In this document: positions 38,877 to 54,300 of the stretch, one piece after another
How positions within the stretch are numbered: the stretch's first letter is position 1
How the letters are laid out: the number at the start of each line of letters is the position of its first letter
Origin: Azolla caroliniana
Taxonomy: Eukaryota > Plantae > Polypodiophyta
Assembly: GCA_043228905.1 (NCBI GenBank)
Contig: JBHGNT010000018.1
Location: forward strand, 1-64,000
Reading direction: 5' to 3'
DNA length: 64,000 nt
Position numbers and translations under genes: made by a program
The notes under the pieces: generated by a model
The model's input: the letters and a program-made list of their open reading frames with translations, nothing else
The model's database searches: none
Told to the model about the DNA's origin: nothing

Positions 38877-41800
38877 TGTTGTTAGCTTCGATTCGCATGT
38901 TTGAACACTAAAATCGGATATCACACGAGCCAGGTATGACAATTTTACTTTACTCACTTACTCTTCTCAACTCCCTCCTCAAATTTGGTAATTTCTTCAT
39001 GTCTCTCGAGCTGAGTTACAAAATCTTGATTTTTTAATTCCATATTATAGCTAGTGTTGTTAGCTTCGATTCGCATGTTTGAACACTAAAATCGGATATC
39101 ACACGAGCCAGGTATGACAAGTTTAATTTACTCACGCGCTCTTCTCAACTCCCTCCTCAAATTTGGTAATTTCTTCATGTCTCTCGACCTCAGTATCAAA
39201 ATCTTGATTTTTTAATTCCATAACATAGCTAGCGTTATTAGCTTCAATTCGCATGTTTGAACACTAAAATCCGATATCACACGAGCCAGGTATGACAATT
39301 TTAATTTACTCACGCGCTCTTCTCAACTCCCTCCTCTAATTTACTAATTTCTTCATGTCTCTCGACCTGAGTTTCAAAATCTTGATTTTTTAATTCCATA
39401 TCATAGCTAGTGTTATTAGCTTCGATTCGCATGATTGGAACACTAAAATCGGATATCACACGAGCCAGTCATGAACATTTTAATTTACTCACACGCTCTT
39501 CTCAACTCCCTCCTCTAATTTACTAATTTCTTCATGTCTCTCGACCTGAGTTTCAAAATCTTGATTTTTTAATTCTATATCATAGCTAGTGTTATTAGCT
39601 TCGATTCGCATGATTGGAACACTAAAATCGGATATCACACGAGCCAGTCATGAACATTTTAATTTACTCACACGCTCTTCTCAACTGCCTCCTCTAATTT
39701 ACTAATTTCTTCATGTCTCTCGACCTGAGTTTCAAAATCTTGATTTTTTAATTCCATATCATAGCTAGTGTTATTAGCTTCGATTCGCATGATTGGAACA
39801 CTAAAATCGGATATCACACAAGCCAGTCATGAACATTTTAATTTACTCACACGCTCTTCTCAACTCCCTCCTCTAATTTACTAATTTTTTCATGTCTCGC
39901 GACCTAAGTTTAAAAATCTTGATTTTTTAATTCCATATTATAGCTAGTGTTGTTAGCTTCGATTCGCATGATGGAACACTAAAATCGAATATCACACGAG
40001 CAAGGTATGAACATTTTAATTTACGCACCTGCTCTTCTCAACTCCCGGCTCAAATTTGGTAATTTCTTCATGTCTCTCGACCTGAGTTTCAAAATCATGA
40101 TTTTTTAATTCAATATCATAGCTAGTGTTGTTATCTTCGATTCGCATGTTTGAACACTAAAATCCGATATCCCACGAGCCAGGTATGACAATTTTAATTT
40201 ACTCACTTACTCTTCTCAACTCCCTCCTCAAATTTGGTAATTTCTTCATGTCTCTCGACCTGAGTTTCAAAATCTTGATTTTTTAATTCCATATCATAGC
40301 TAGTGTTGTTAGCTTCGATTCGCATGTTTGAACACTAAAATCGGATATCACACGAGCCAGGTATGACAATTTTAATTTACTCACTTACTCTTCTCAACTC
40401 CCTCCTCAAATTTGGTAATTTCTTCATGTCTCTCGACCTGAGTTTCAAAATCTTGATTGTCTAATTCCAAATCATAGCTAGTGTTGTTAGCTTCGATTCG
40501 CATCTTTGAACACTAAAATCCGATATCACACGAGCCAGGTATGAACATTTTAATTTACTCACTTGCTCTTCTCAACTCCCTCCTCAAATTTGGTAATTTC
40601 TTCATGTCTCTCGACCTGAATTTCAAAATCTTGATTTTTTAATTCAATATCATAGCTAGTGTTGTTATCTTCGATTCGCATGTTTAAAAACTAACATCTA
40701 ATATCACACGAGCCAGGTGTGACAATTTTAATTTACTGACACGCTCTTCTCAACTCCCTCCTCTAATTTACTAATTTTTTCATGTCTCGCGACCTAAGTT
40801 TAAAAATCTTGATTTTTTAATTCCATATTATAGCTAGTGTTGTTAGCTTCGATTCGCATGATGGAACACTAAAATCGAATATCACACGAGCAAGCTATGA
40901 ACATTTTAATTTACGCACCTGCTCTTCTCAACTCCCTCCTCAAATTTGGTAATTTCTTCATGTCTCTCGACCTGAGTTTCAAAATCTTGATTTTTTAATT
41001 CAATATCATAGCTAGTGTTGTTATCTTCGATTCGCATGTTTGAACACTAAAATCTGATATCACACGAGCCAGGTATGACAATTTTAATTTACTCACTTAC
41101 TCTTCTCAACTCCCTCCTCAAATTTGGTAATTTCTTCATGTCTCTCGACCTGAGTTACAAAATCTTGATTTTTTAATTCCATATCATAGCTAGTGTTGTT
41201 AGCTTCGATTCGCATGTTTGAACACTAAAATCCCATATCACACGAGCCAGGTATGACAATTTTAATTTACTCACGCGCTCTTCTCAACTCCCTCCTCTAA
41301 TTTACTAATTTCTTGATGTCTCTCGACCTGAGTTTCAAAAGCTTGATTTTCTAATTCCATATCATAGCTAGTGTTGTTAGCTTCGATTCGCATGTTTGAA
41401 CACTAAAATCCGATATCACACGAACCAGGTATGACAACTTTAATTTACTCACTTCCTTTTCTGAAGTCCCTCCTCTAATTTACTAATTTCTTCATGTCTC
41501 TCGACCTGAGTTTCAAAATCTTGATTTTTTAATTCCATATCATAGCTAGTGTTATTAGCTTCGATTCGCATGATTGGAACACTAAAATCGGATATCACAC
41601 GAGCCAGTCATGAACATTTTAATTTACTCACACGCTCTTCTCAACTCCCTTCTCTAATTTGCTAATTTCTTCATGTCTCTCGACCTGAGTTTCAAAATCT
41701 TGATTTTTTAATTCCATATCATAGCTAGTGTTGTTAGCTTCGATTCGCATGTTTGAACACTAAAATCCGATATCACACAAGCCAGGTATGACAATTTTAA

Positions 41801-43075
41801 TTTACTCACTTGCTCTTCTCAACTCCCTCCTCTAATTTACTAATTTCTTCATGTCTCTCGACCTGAGTTTCAAAATCTTGATTTTCTAATTGCATATCAT
41901 AGCTAGTGTTGTCAGCTTCGATTCGCATGTTTGAACACTAAAATCCGATATCACACGAGCCAGGTATGACAATGTTAATTTACTCACTTGCTCTTCTCCA
42001 CTCCCTCCTCTAATTTACTAATTTCTTCATGTCTCTCGACCTGAGTTTCAAAATATTGATTTTCTAATTCCATTTTATAGCTAGTGTTAATTTACTGACT
42101 TGCTCTTCTCAACTCCCTCCTCAAATTTGCTAATTTCTTCATGTCTCTCGACCTGATATTGCAAATCTTGATTTTTTAATTCCATATCATAGCTAGTGTT
42201 GTTAGCTCGATTGGCATGATTGGAACACTAAAATCGGATATCACACGAGCCAGTTATCTTGATTTTCTAATTCCATATCATATCTAGTGTTGTTAGGTTC
42301 GATTCGCATGATGGGACACTAAAATCCGATATCACACGAGCCAGGTATGACAATTTTAATTTACTCACTTGCTCTTCTCAACTCCCTCCTCAAATTTCCT
42401 AATTTCTTCATGTCTCTCGACCTGAGTTTCAAAATCTTGATTTTTTAATTCCATATCATAGCTAGTGTTGTTATCTTCGATTCGCATGTTTGAACACTAA
42501 AATCTGATATCACACGAGCCAGGTATGATAATTTTAATTTACTCACTTACTCTTCTCAACTCCCTCCTCTAATTTGCTAATTTCTTCATGTCTCTCGACC
42601 TGAGTTTCAAAATCTTGATTTTTTAAATCCATATCATAGCTAGTGTTGTTAGCTTCGATTCGCATGTTTGAACACTAAAATCAGATATCACACGAGCCAG
42701 GTATGACAACTTTAATTTACTCAGGCTCTCTTCTCAACTCCCTGCTCTAATTTACTAATTTCTTCATGTCTCTCGACCTGAGTTTCGAAATCTTGATTTT
42801 TAAATTCCATATCATAGCTAGTGTTATTAGCTTCGATTCGCATGATTGGAACACTAAAATCGGATATCACACGAGCCAGTTATGAACTTTTTAATTTACT
42901 CACGCGCTCTTCTCAACTCCCTCCTCTAATTTACTAATTTTTTCATGTCTCGCGACCTGAATTTCAAAATCTTGATTTTCTAATTCCATATTATAGCTAG
43001 TTTTGTTATCTTCGATTTGCATGTTTGAACACTAAAATCGGATATCACACGAGCCAGGTATGACAATTTTAATTT
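38877..43075 (+). repeat. 178-bp satellite subfamily A (right of the retrotransposon)
   Basis: Same monomer and register ('cacacgagcc'), with more private substitutions toward 43 kb. Confidence 0.95.
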
Positions 43076-46000
43076 ACTCACACGCTCTTCTCAACTCCCT
43101 CCTCAAATTTTGTAATTTCTTCATATCTCTCGACCTCAGTTTCAAAATCTTGATTTTTTAATTCCATTTTACTTTACTCTCGAGCTCTTCTCAATTCCCT
43201 GCTCAAATTTGGTAATTTCTTCATGTCTCTCGACCTGAGTTTCAAAATCTTGATTTTTAAATTCCATATGATAGCTAGTGTTGCTAGCTTCGATTCACAT
43301 GTTTGAACACTAAAATCCGATATAACATGGGCCAGATATGAATATTTTAATTTACTCACGTGTTGTTCTCAACTCCCTCCTCTAATTTCGGAATTACTTT
43401 ATGTCTCTCGAACTGAGTTTACAAATCTTGATTTTTTAATTCCATATCATAGGTGGCTTTGTGAGCTTCGATTCGCATGTTTGAACACTAAAATCCGATA
43501 TCACATGGGGCAGGTATGAACATTTTAATTTACTCTCGGGCTCTTCTCTACTCCCTCCTCTAATTTGGGAATTTTCTCATGTCTCTCGAACTGAGTTTAC
43601 CAATCTTGATTTTTTAATTCCATATGATAGCTAGCATTCTTAGCTTCGATTCGCATGTTTGAACACTAAAATCCGATATCACATGGGCCAGGTATGAACA
43701 TTTTATTTACTCTCGAGCACTTCTCTACTCCCTCCTCTAATTTGCAAATTTCTTCATGTCTCTCGACCTGAATTTCAAAAGCTTTATTTTTTAATTCCAT
43801 ATGATAGCTAGCGTTGCTAGCTTCGATTCGCACGTTTGAACACTAAAATCCGATACCACATGGGCCAGGTATGAACATTTTAATTTACTCTCGGGCACTT
43901 CTCTACTCCCTTCTCTAATTGGCAAATTTCTTCATGTCTCTCGACCTGAATTTCGAAAGCTTGATTTTTTAATTCCATATGATAGCTAGCATTGCTAGCT
44001 TCGATTTGCATGTTTGAACACTAAAATCCGATATTACATGGGCCAGGTATGAACATTTTACTTTACTCTCGGGCTCCTCTCATTTCCCTCCTCAAATTTG
44101 GTAATTTCTTCATGTCTCTCGACCTGAGTTTCAAAATCTTGATTTTTTAATTGCATATCATAGGTAGCTTTGTTAGCTTCGATTCGCATGTCTGAACACT
44201 AAAATCCGATATCACATGGGCCAGGTCTAAATATTTTAATTTACTCTCGGGCTCTTCTTAACTCCCTCCTCAAATTTGGTAATTACTTCATATCTCTCGA
44301 CCTGAGTTTCAAAATCTTGATTTTTTAATTCCATATCATAGCTAGCATTGTTAGGTTCGATTTGCATGTTCTCAACTCTCGGGCTCTTCTCAACTCCCTC
44401 CTCAAATTTGCAAATTTCATCATGTCTGTCGACCTGAGTTTCGAAAGTTTGATTTTTTAATTACAAATCATAGCTAGCATTGTTAGCTTCGATTCGCATG
44501 TTTGAACACTAATATCCGATATAACATGGGCCAGGTATGAACATTCTACTTTACTCTCGGGCTCTTCTCAACTCCCTCCTCAAATTTGGTAATTACTTCA
44601 TGTCTCTCGACCTGAGTTTCAAAATCTTGATTTTTTAATTCCATTTCATAGCTAGCATTGTTAGCTTCGATTTGCATGTTTGAACACTAAAATCCGATAT
44701 CACATGGGCCAGGTCTTAACATTTTAATTTACTCTCGGGCTCTTCTCTACTCCCTGCTCTAATTTACAAATTTCTTCATGTCTCTCGACCTGAATTTCAA
44801 AAGCTTGATTTTTTAATCACGCACTCTTCTCAACTCCCTACTCTAATTTGCAAATTACTTCATGTCTCTCGACCTGAGTTTCAAAATCTTGATTTTTTAA
44901 TTCCATGTTATAGCTAGCATTGTTAGCTTCGATTCGAATGTTTGAACACTAAAATCCGATATCACATGGGCCAGGTATGAACATTTTATTTACTCTCGGG
45001 CACTTCTCTACTCCCTCCTCTAATTTGCAAATTTCTTCATGTCTCTCGACCTGAATTTCAAAATCTTGATTTTTTAATTCCATATGATAGCTAGCGTTGC
45101 TAGCTTCGATTCGCACGTTTGAACACTAAAATCCGATACCACATGGGCCAGGTCTGAACATTTTAATTTACTCACACACTCTTCTCAACTCCGTCCTCAA
45201 ATTTGGTAATTTCTTCATGTCTCTCGACCTGAGTTTCAAAATCTTGATTTTTTAATTCCATATCATAGCTAGCGTTGTTAGCTTCGATTTGCATGTTTGA
45301 ACACTAAAATCCGATATCACATGGGTCAGGTCTTAACATTTTAATTTACTCTCGGGATCTTCTCTACTCCCTGCTCTAATTTGCAAATTTCTTCATGTCT
45401 CTCGACCTGAATTTCAAGAGCCTGATTTTTTAATTCCATATAATAGCTAGCGTTGTTAGCTTCGATTCGCATGTTTGAACACTAAAATCCGATATCACAT
45501 GGGCCAGGTATAAAAATTTTAATTTACGCTCGGGCTCTTCTCAACTCCCTCCTCAAATTTGGTAATTTCTTCAAGTCTCTCGACCTGAGTTTCAAAATCT
45601 TGATTTTTTAATTCCATATCATAGCTAGCTTTGTTAGCTTCGATTTGCATGTTTGAACACTAAAATCCGATATCACATGGGCCAGGTCTTAACATTTTAA
45701 TTTACTCTGGGACTCTTCTCTACTCCCTGCTCTAATTTGCAAATTTCTTCATGTCTCTCGACCTGAATTTCAAAAGCTTGATTTTTTAATTCCAGATGAT
45801 AGCTAGCGTTGCTAGCTTCGATTCGCATGTTTGAACACTCAAATCCGATATCACATGGGCCAGGTATGAACATTTTACTTTACGCTCGGGCTCTTCTCAA
45901 CTCCCTCCTCAAATTTGCAAATTTCATCATGTCTGTCGACCTGAGTTTCAAAATTTTGATTTTTTAATTACAAATCATAGATAGCATTGTTAGCTTCGAT

Positions 46001-46495
46001 TCGCATGTTTGAACACTAATATCCGATATAACATGGGCCAGGTATGAACATTCTACTTTACTCTCGGGCTCTTCTCAACTCCCTCCTCAAATTTGGTAAT
46101 TACTTCATGTCTCTCGACCTGAGTTTCAAAATCTTGATTTTTTAATTCCATATCATAGCTCGCATTGTTAGCTTCGATTTGCATGTTTGAACACTAAAAT
46201 CCGATATCACATGGGCCAGGTCTTAACATTTTAATTTACTCTCGGGCTCTTCTCTACTCCCTCCTCTAATTTGCAAATTTCTTCATGTCTCTCGACCTGA
46301 GTTTCAAAATCCTGATTTTTTTATTCCATATCATAGCTAGCTTTGTTAGCTTCGAGTCGCATGTTTGAACACTAAAATCCGATATCACATGGGCCAGGTA
46401 TAAACATTTTAATTTACTCTCGGGCTCTTCTCAACTCCCTCCTCAAATTTGCAAATTTCTTCATGTCTCTCAACCTGAGTTTCAAAATGTTGATT
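43076..46495 (+). repeat. 178-bp satellite subfamily B, block 1
   Basis: Diagnostic switches cacacgagcc to cacatgggcc, tcacgcgct to tctcgggct, plus ttgcaaattt and gctagc(a/g/t)ttg. Boundaries are approximate. Confidence 0.9.
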
Positions 46496-48388
46496 TTTTA
46501 ATTCCATAGCATAACTAGTGTTATTAGCTTCGATTCGAATGATTGGAACACTAAAATCGGATATCACACGAGCCAGTTATGAACTTTTAAATTTACTCAC
46601 GCGCTCTTCTCAACTCCGTCCTCTAATTTACTAATTTTTTCATGTCTCGCGACCTGAGTTTCAAAATCTTGATTTTCTAATTCCATATTATAGCTAGTGT
46701 TGTTAGCTTTGATTCGCATGATGGGACACTAAAATCGAATATCACACGAGCCAGGTATGAACATTTTAATTTACTCACTTGCTCTTCTCAACTCCCTCCT
46801 CAAATTTGGTAATTTCTTCATGTCTCTCGACCTGAGTTTCAAAATATTGATTTTCTAATTCCATATCAAAGCTAGTGTTGTTAGCTTCGATTCGCATGTT
46901 TGACCACTAAAATCCGATATCATACGAGCCAGGTATGACAACTTTAATTTACTCACTTCCTCTTCTGAACTCCCTCCTCTAATTTACTAATTTCTTCATG
47001 TCTCTCAACCTGAGTTTCAAAATCTTGATTTTCTAATTCCATATCATAGCTAGTCTTATTAGCTTCGATTCGCATGATTGGAACACTAAAATCCGATATC
47101 ACACGAGCCAGTTATGAACATTTTAATTTACTCCCGCGCTCTTCTCAACTCCCTCCTCTAATTTACTAATGTTTTCATGTCTCTCGACCTCAGTTTCAAA
47201 ATCTTGATTTTCTAATTCCATATCATAGCTAGTGTTGTTAGCTTCGATTCGCATGTTTGAACACAAAACTCCGATATCACACGAGCCAGGTATGACAATT
47301 TTAATTTACTCACGCGATCTTCTCAACTCCCTCCTCTGATTTACTAATTTCATCATGTCTCGCGACCTGAGTTTCGAAATCTTGATTTTCTAATTCCATA
47401 TCATAGCTAGTGTTGTTAGCTTCGATTCGCATGTGTGAACACAACAATCCGATATCACACGAGCCAGGTATGAACATTTTAATTTACTCACGCGCTCCTC
47501 TCAACTCCCTCCTCAAATTTGGTAATTTCTTCATGTCTCTCGACCTGAGTTTCAAAATCTTGATTTTTTAATTTCATATCATAGCTAGTGTTGTTAGCTT
47601 CGATTCGCATGATGGAACACTAAAATCGGATATCACACGAGCCAGGTATGAACATTTTAATTTACTCACTTGCTCTTCTCAACTCCCTCCTAAAATTTGC
47701 TAATTTCTTCATGTCTCTCGACCTGATTTCCAAATCTTGATTTTTTAATTCCATATCATAGCTAGTGTTGTTAGCTTCGATTGGCATGTTTGAACACTAA
47801 AATCCGATATCACACAAGCCAGGTATGACAATTTTAATTTACTCACTTGCTCTTCTCAACTCCCTCCTCTAATTTACTAATTTCTTGATGTCTCTCGACC
47901 TGAGTTTCAAAATCTTGATTTTTTAATTCCATATTACAGCTAGTGTTGTTAGCTTTGATTCGCATGATGGGACACTAAAATCGAATATCACACGAGCCAG
48001 TTATGAACATTTTAATTTACTCACGCGCTCTTCTCAACTCCCTCCTCTAATTTACTAATTTTTTCATGTCTCGCGACCTGAGTTTCAAAATCTTGATGTT
48101 CTAATTCCATATTATAGCTAGTGTTGTTAGCTTTGATTCGCATGATGGGACACTAAAATCGAATATCACACGAGCCAGGTATGAACATTTTAATTTACTC
48201 ACTTGCTCTTCTCAACTCCCTCCTCAAATTTGGTAATTTCTTCATTTCTCTCGACCTGAGTTTCAAAATATTGATTTTTTAATTCCAGATTATAGCTAGT
48301 GTTGTTAGCTTTGATTCGAATGATGGAACACAACAATCCGATATCACACGAGCCAGGTATGAAGATTTTAATTTACTCACTTGCTCTT
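46496..48388 (+). repeat. A-like satellite block between the two B blocks
   Basis: Return to cacacgagcc/gctagtgttg monomers. The block ends at the deletion junction 'gctcttca|tgtct' near 48388. Confidence 0.85.
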
Positions 48389-51300
48389 CATGTCTATCGA
48401 CCTGAGTTTCGAAATTTTGATTTTTTAATTACAAATCGTAGGTGGCTTTGTGAGCTTCGATTCGCATGTTCGAACACTAAAATCCGATATCACATGGGCC
48501 AGGTATGAACATTTTAATTTACTCTCGGGCTCTTCTCAACTCCCTCCTCAAATTTCCAAATTTCTTGATGTCTGTGGACCTGAGTTTCAAAATCTTGATG
48601 TTTCAATTCCATATCATAGGTAGCTTTGTTAGCTTCGAATCTCTTGATTGAACACTAAAATCCGATATCACATGGGCCAGGTCTAAACATTTTAATTTAC
48701 TCACACGCTCTTCTCAACTCCCTCCTCAAATTTGGTAATTTCTTCATGTCTCGCGACCTGAGTTTCAAAATCTTGATTTTTTAATTCCATATCATAGCTA
48801 GCGTTGCTAGCTTCGATTTGCATGTTTGAATACTAAAATCCGATATCACATGGGCCAGGTATGAACATTTTAATTTACTCTCGGGCTCTTCTCTACTCCC
48901 TCCTCTAATTTGGGAATATTTTCATGTCTCTCGACCTGAGTTTAGAAATCTTGATTTTTTAATTCCAAATGATAGCTAGCATTGTTAGCTTCGATTCGCA
49001 TGTTTGAACACTAAAATCCGATATCACATGGGCCAGGTATAAAAATTTTAATTTACGCTCGGGCTCTTCTCAACTCCCTCCTCAAATTTGGTAATTTCTT
49101 CAAGTCTCTCGACCTGAGTTTGAAAATCTTGATTTTTTAATTGCATATCATAGGTAGCTTTGTTAGCTTCGATTCGCATGTTTGAACACTAAAATCCGAT
49201 ATCACATGGGCCAGGTATGAACATTTTAATTTACTCTCGGGCTCTTCTCAACTCCCTCCTCAAATTTCGTAATTTCTTCATATCTCTCGACCTCAGTTTC
49301 AAAATCTTGATTTTTTAATTCCATATCATAGCTAGCGTTGCTAGCTTCGATTCGCATGTTTGAACACTAAAATCCGATATCACATGGGCCAGGTATGAAC
49401 ATTCTAATTTACTCTCAGGCTCTTCTCTACGTCCTCCTCTAATTTGGGAATTTTTTCATGTCTCTCGACCTGAGTTTACAAATCTTGATTTTCTAATTCC
49501 ATATCATAGGTAGCTTTGTTAGCTTCGATTCGCATGTTTGAACACTAAAACCCGATATCACATGGGCCAAGTCTAAACATTTTAATTTAATCACGCACTC
49601 TTCTCAACTCCCTGCTCTAATTTGCAAATTACTTCATGTCTCTCGACCTGAGTTTCAAAATCTTGATTTTTTAATTCCATGTCATAGCTAGCTTTGTTAG
49701 CTTCGATTCGCATGTTTGAACACTAAAATCCGATATCACATGGGCCAGGTATGAACATTTTATTTACTCTCGGGCACTTCTCTACTCCCTCCTCTAATTT
49801 GCAAATTTCTTCATGTCTCTCGACCTGAATTTCAAAAGCTTTATTTTTTAATTCCATATGATAGCTAGCGTTGCTAGCTTCGATTCGCACGTTTGAACAC
49901 TAAAATCCGATACCACATGGGCCAGGTATGAACATTTTAATTTACTCTCGGGCACTTCTCTACTCCCTTCTCGAATTTGCAAATTTCTTCATGTCTCTCG
50001 ACCTGAATTTCAAAAGCTTGATTTTTTAATTCCATATGATAGCTAACATTGCTAGCTTCGATTTGCATGTTTGAACACTAAAATCCGATATTACATGGGC
50101 CAGGTATGAACATTTTACTTTACTCTCGGGCTCTTCTCAATTCCCTCCTCAAATTTGGTAATTTCTTCATGTCTCTCGACCTGAGTTTCAAAATCTTGAT
50201 TTTTTAATTCCATATCATAGCTAGCTTTGTTAGCTTCGATTTGCATGTTTGAACACTAAAATCCGATATCACATGGGCCAGGTCTGAACATTTTAATTTA
50301 CTCACACACTCTTCTCAACTCCCTCCTCAAATTTGGTAATTTCTTCATGTCTCTCGACCTGAGTTTCAAAATCTTGATTTTTTAATTCCATATCATAGCT
50401 AGCTTTGTTAGCTTCGATTTGCATGTTTGAACACTAAAATCCGATATCACATGGGCCAGGTCTTAACATTTTAATTTACTCTCGGGATCTTCTCTACTCC
50501 CTGCTCTAATTTGCAAATTTCTTCATGTCTCTCGACCTGAATTTCAAAAGCCTGATTTTTTAATTCCATATAATAGCTAGCGTTGCTAGCTTCGATTCGC
50601 ATGTTTGAACACTAAAATCCGATATCACATGGGCCAGGTATAAAAATTTTAATTTACGCTCGTGCTCTTCTCAACTCCCTCCTCAAATTTGGTAATTTCT
50701 TCAAGTCTCTCGACCTGAGTTTCAAAATCTTGATTTTTTAATTGCACATCATAGGTAGCTTTGTTAGCTTCGATTCGCATGTTTGAACACTAAAATCCGA
50801 TATCACATGGGCCAGGTATGAACATTTTAATTTACTCTCGGGCTCTTCTCAACTCCCTCCTCAAATTTCGTAATTTCTTCATATCTCTCGACCTCAGTTT
50901 CAAAATCTTGATTTTTTAATTCCATATCATAGCTAGCGTTGCTAGCTTCGATTCGCATGTTTGAACACTAAAATCCGATATCACATGGGCCAGGTATGAA
51001 CATTCTAATTTACTCTCAGGCTCTTCTCTACGTCCTCCTCTAATTCGGGAATTTTTTCATGTCTCTCGACCTGAGTTTACAAATCTTGATTTTCTAATTC
51101 CATATCATAGGTAGCTTTGTTAGCTTCGATTCGCATGTTTGAACACTAAAACCCGATATCACATGGGCCAAGTCTAAACATTTTAATTTAATCACGCACT
51201 CTTCTCAACTCCCTACTCTAATTTGCAAATTACTTCATGTCTCTCGACCTGAGTTTCAAAATCTTGATTTTTTAATTCCATGTTATAGCTAGCTTTGTTA

Positions 51301-54300
51301 GCTTCGATTCGCATGTTTGAACACTAAAATCCGATATCACATGGGCCAGGTCTTAACATTTTAATTTACTCTCGGGCTCTTCTCTACTCCCTACTCTAAT
51401 TTGCAAATTTCTTCATGTCTCTCGATCTGAATTTTAGAAGCTTGATTTTTTAATTCCATGTCATAGTTAGTTTTGTTAGCTTCGATTCGCATGTTTGAAC
51501 ACTAAAATCCGATATCACATGGGCCAGGTCTGAACATTTTAATTTACTCACACGCTCTTCTCAACTCCCTCCTCAAATTTTGTAATTTCTTCATATCTCT
51601 CGACCTCAGTTTCAAAATCTTGATTTGTTAATTCCATTTTACTTTACTCTCGAGCTCTTCTCAATTCCCTCCTCAAATTTGGTAATTTCTTCATGTCTCT
51701 CGACCTGAGTTTCAAAATCTTGATTTTTAAATTCCATATGATAGCTAGTGTTGCTAGCTTCGATTCACATGTTTGAACACTAAAATCCGATATAACATGG
51801 GCCAGATATGAATATTTTAATTTACTCACGTGCTGTTCTCAACTCCCTCCTCTAATTTCGGAATTACTTTATGTCTCTCGAACTGAGTTTACAAATCTTG
51901 ATTTTTTAATTCCATATCATAGGTGGCTTTGTGAGCTTCGATTCGCATGTTTGAACACTAAAATCCGATATCACATGGGGCAGGTATGAACATTTTAATT
52001 TACTCTCGGGCTCTTCTCTACTCCCTCCTCTAATTTGGGAATTTTCTCATGTCTCTCGACCTGAGTTTACAAATCTTGATTTTTTAATTCCATATGATAG
52101 CTAGCATTCTTAGCTTCGATTCGCATGTTTGAACACTAAAATCCGATATCACATGGGCCAGGTATGAACATTTTATTTACTCTCGGGCACTTCTCTACTC
52201 CCTCCTCTAATTTGCAAATTTCTTCATGTCTCTCGACCTGAATTTCAAAAGCTTTATTTTTTAATTCCATATGATAGCTAGCGTTGCTAGCTTCGATTCG
52301 CACGTTTGAACACTAAAATCCGATACCACATGGGCCAGGTATGAACATTTTAATTTACTCTCGGGCACTTCTCTACTCCCTGCTCTAATTTGCAAATTTC
52401 TTCATCTCTCTCGACCTGAATTTCAAAAGCTTGATTTTTTAATTCCATATGATAGCTAGCATTGCTAGCTTCGATTTGCATGTTTGAACACTAAAATCGG
52501 ATATTACATGGGCCAGGTATGAACATTTTACTTTACTCTCGGGCTCTTCTCAATTCCCTCCTCAAATTTGGTAATTTCTTCATGTCTCTCGACCTGAGTT
52601 TTAAAATCTTGATTTTTTAATTCCATATCATAGCTATCTTTGTTAGCTTCGATTTGCATGTTTGAACACTAAAATCCGATATCACATGGGCCAGGTCTGA
52701 ACATTTTAATTTACTCACACACTCTTCTCAACTCCCTCCTCAAATTTGGTAATTTCTTCATGTCTCTCGACCTGAGTTTCAAAATCTTGATTTTTTAATT
52801 CCATATCATAGCTAGCTTTGTTAGCTTCGATTTGCATGTTTGAACACTAAAATCCGATATCACATGGGCCAAGTCTTAACATTTTAATTTACTCTCGGGA
52901 TCTTCTCTACTCCCTGCTCTAATTTGCAAATTTCTTCATGTCTCTCGACCTGAATTTCAAAAGCCTGATTTTTTAATTCCATATAATAGCTAGCGTTGCT
53001 AGCTTCGATTCGCATGTTTGAACACTAAAATCCGATATCACATGGGCCAGGTATAAAAATTTTAATTTACGCTCGGGCTCTTCTCAACTCTCTCCTCAAA
53101 TTTCGTAATTTCTTCAAGTCTCTCGACCTGAGTTTCAAAATCTTGATTTTTTAATTGCATATCATAGGTAGCTTTGTTAGCTTCGATTCGCATGTTTGAA
53201 CACTAAAATCCGATATCACATGGGCCAGGTATGAACATTTTAATTTACTCTCGGGCTCTTCTCAACTCCCTCCTCAAATTTCGTAATTTCTTCATATCTC
53301 TCGACCTCAGTTTCAAAATCTTGATTTTTTAATTCCATATCATAGCTAGTGTTGCTAGCTTCGATTCGCATGTTTGAACATTAAAATCCGATATCACATG
53401 GGCCAGGTATGAACATTCTAATTTACTCTCGGGCTCTTCTCTACGTCCTCCTCTAATTTGGGAATTTTTTCATGTCTCTCGACCTGAGTTTACAAATCTT
53501 GATTTTCTAATTCCATATCATAGGTAGCTTTGTTAGCTTCGATTCGCATGTTTGAACACTAAAACCCGATATCACATGGGCCAAGTCTAAACATTTTAAT
53601 TTAATCACGCACTCTTCTCAACTCCCTGCTCTAATTTGCAAATTACTTCATGTCTCTCGACCTGAGTTTCAAAATCTTGATTTTTTAATTCCATGTCATA
53701 GCTAGCTTTGTTAGCTTCGATTCGCATGTTTGAACACTAAAATCCGATATCACATGGGCCAGGTCTTAACATTTTAATTTACTCTCGGGCTCTTCTCTAC
53801 TCCCTGCTCTAATTTGCAAATTTCTTCATGTCTCTCGATCTGAATTTTAGAAGCTTGATTTTTTAATTCCATGTCATAGTTAGTTTTGTTAGCTTCGATT
53901 CGCATGTTTGAACACTAAAATCCGATATCACATGGGCCAGGTCTGAATATTTTAATTTACTCACACGCTCTTCTCAACTCCCTCCTCAAATTTTGTAATT
54001 TCTTCATATCTCTCGACCTCAGTTTCAAAATCTTGATTTTTTAATTCCATTTTACTTTACTCTCGAGCTCTTCTCAATTCCCTCCTCAAATTTGGTAATT
54101 TCTTCATGTCTCTCGACCTGAGTTTCAAAATCTTGATTTTTAAATTCCATATGATAGCTAGTGTTGCTAGCTTCGATTCACATGTTTGAACACTAAAATC
54201 CGATATAACATGGGCCAGATATGAATATTTTAATTTACTCACGTGCTGTTCTCAACTCCCTCCTCTAATTTCGGAATTACTTTATGTCTCTCGAACTGAG

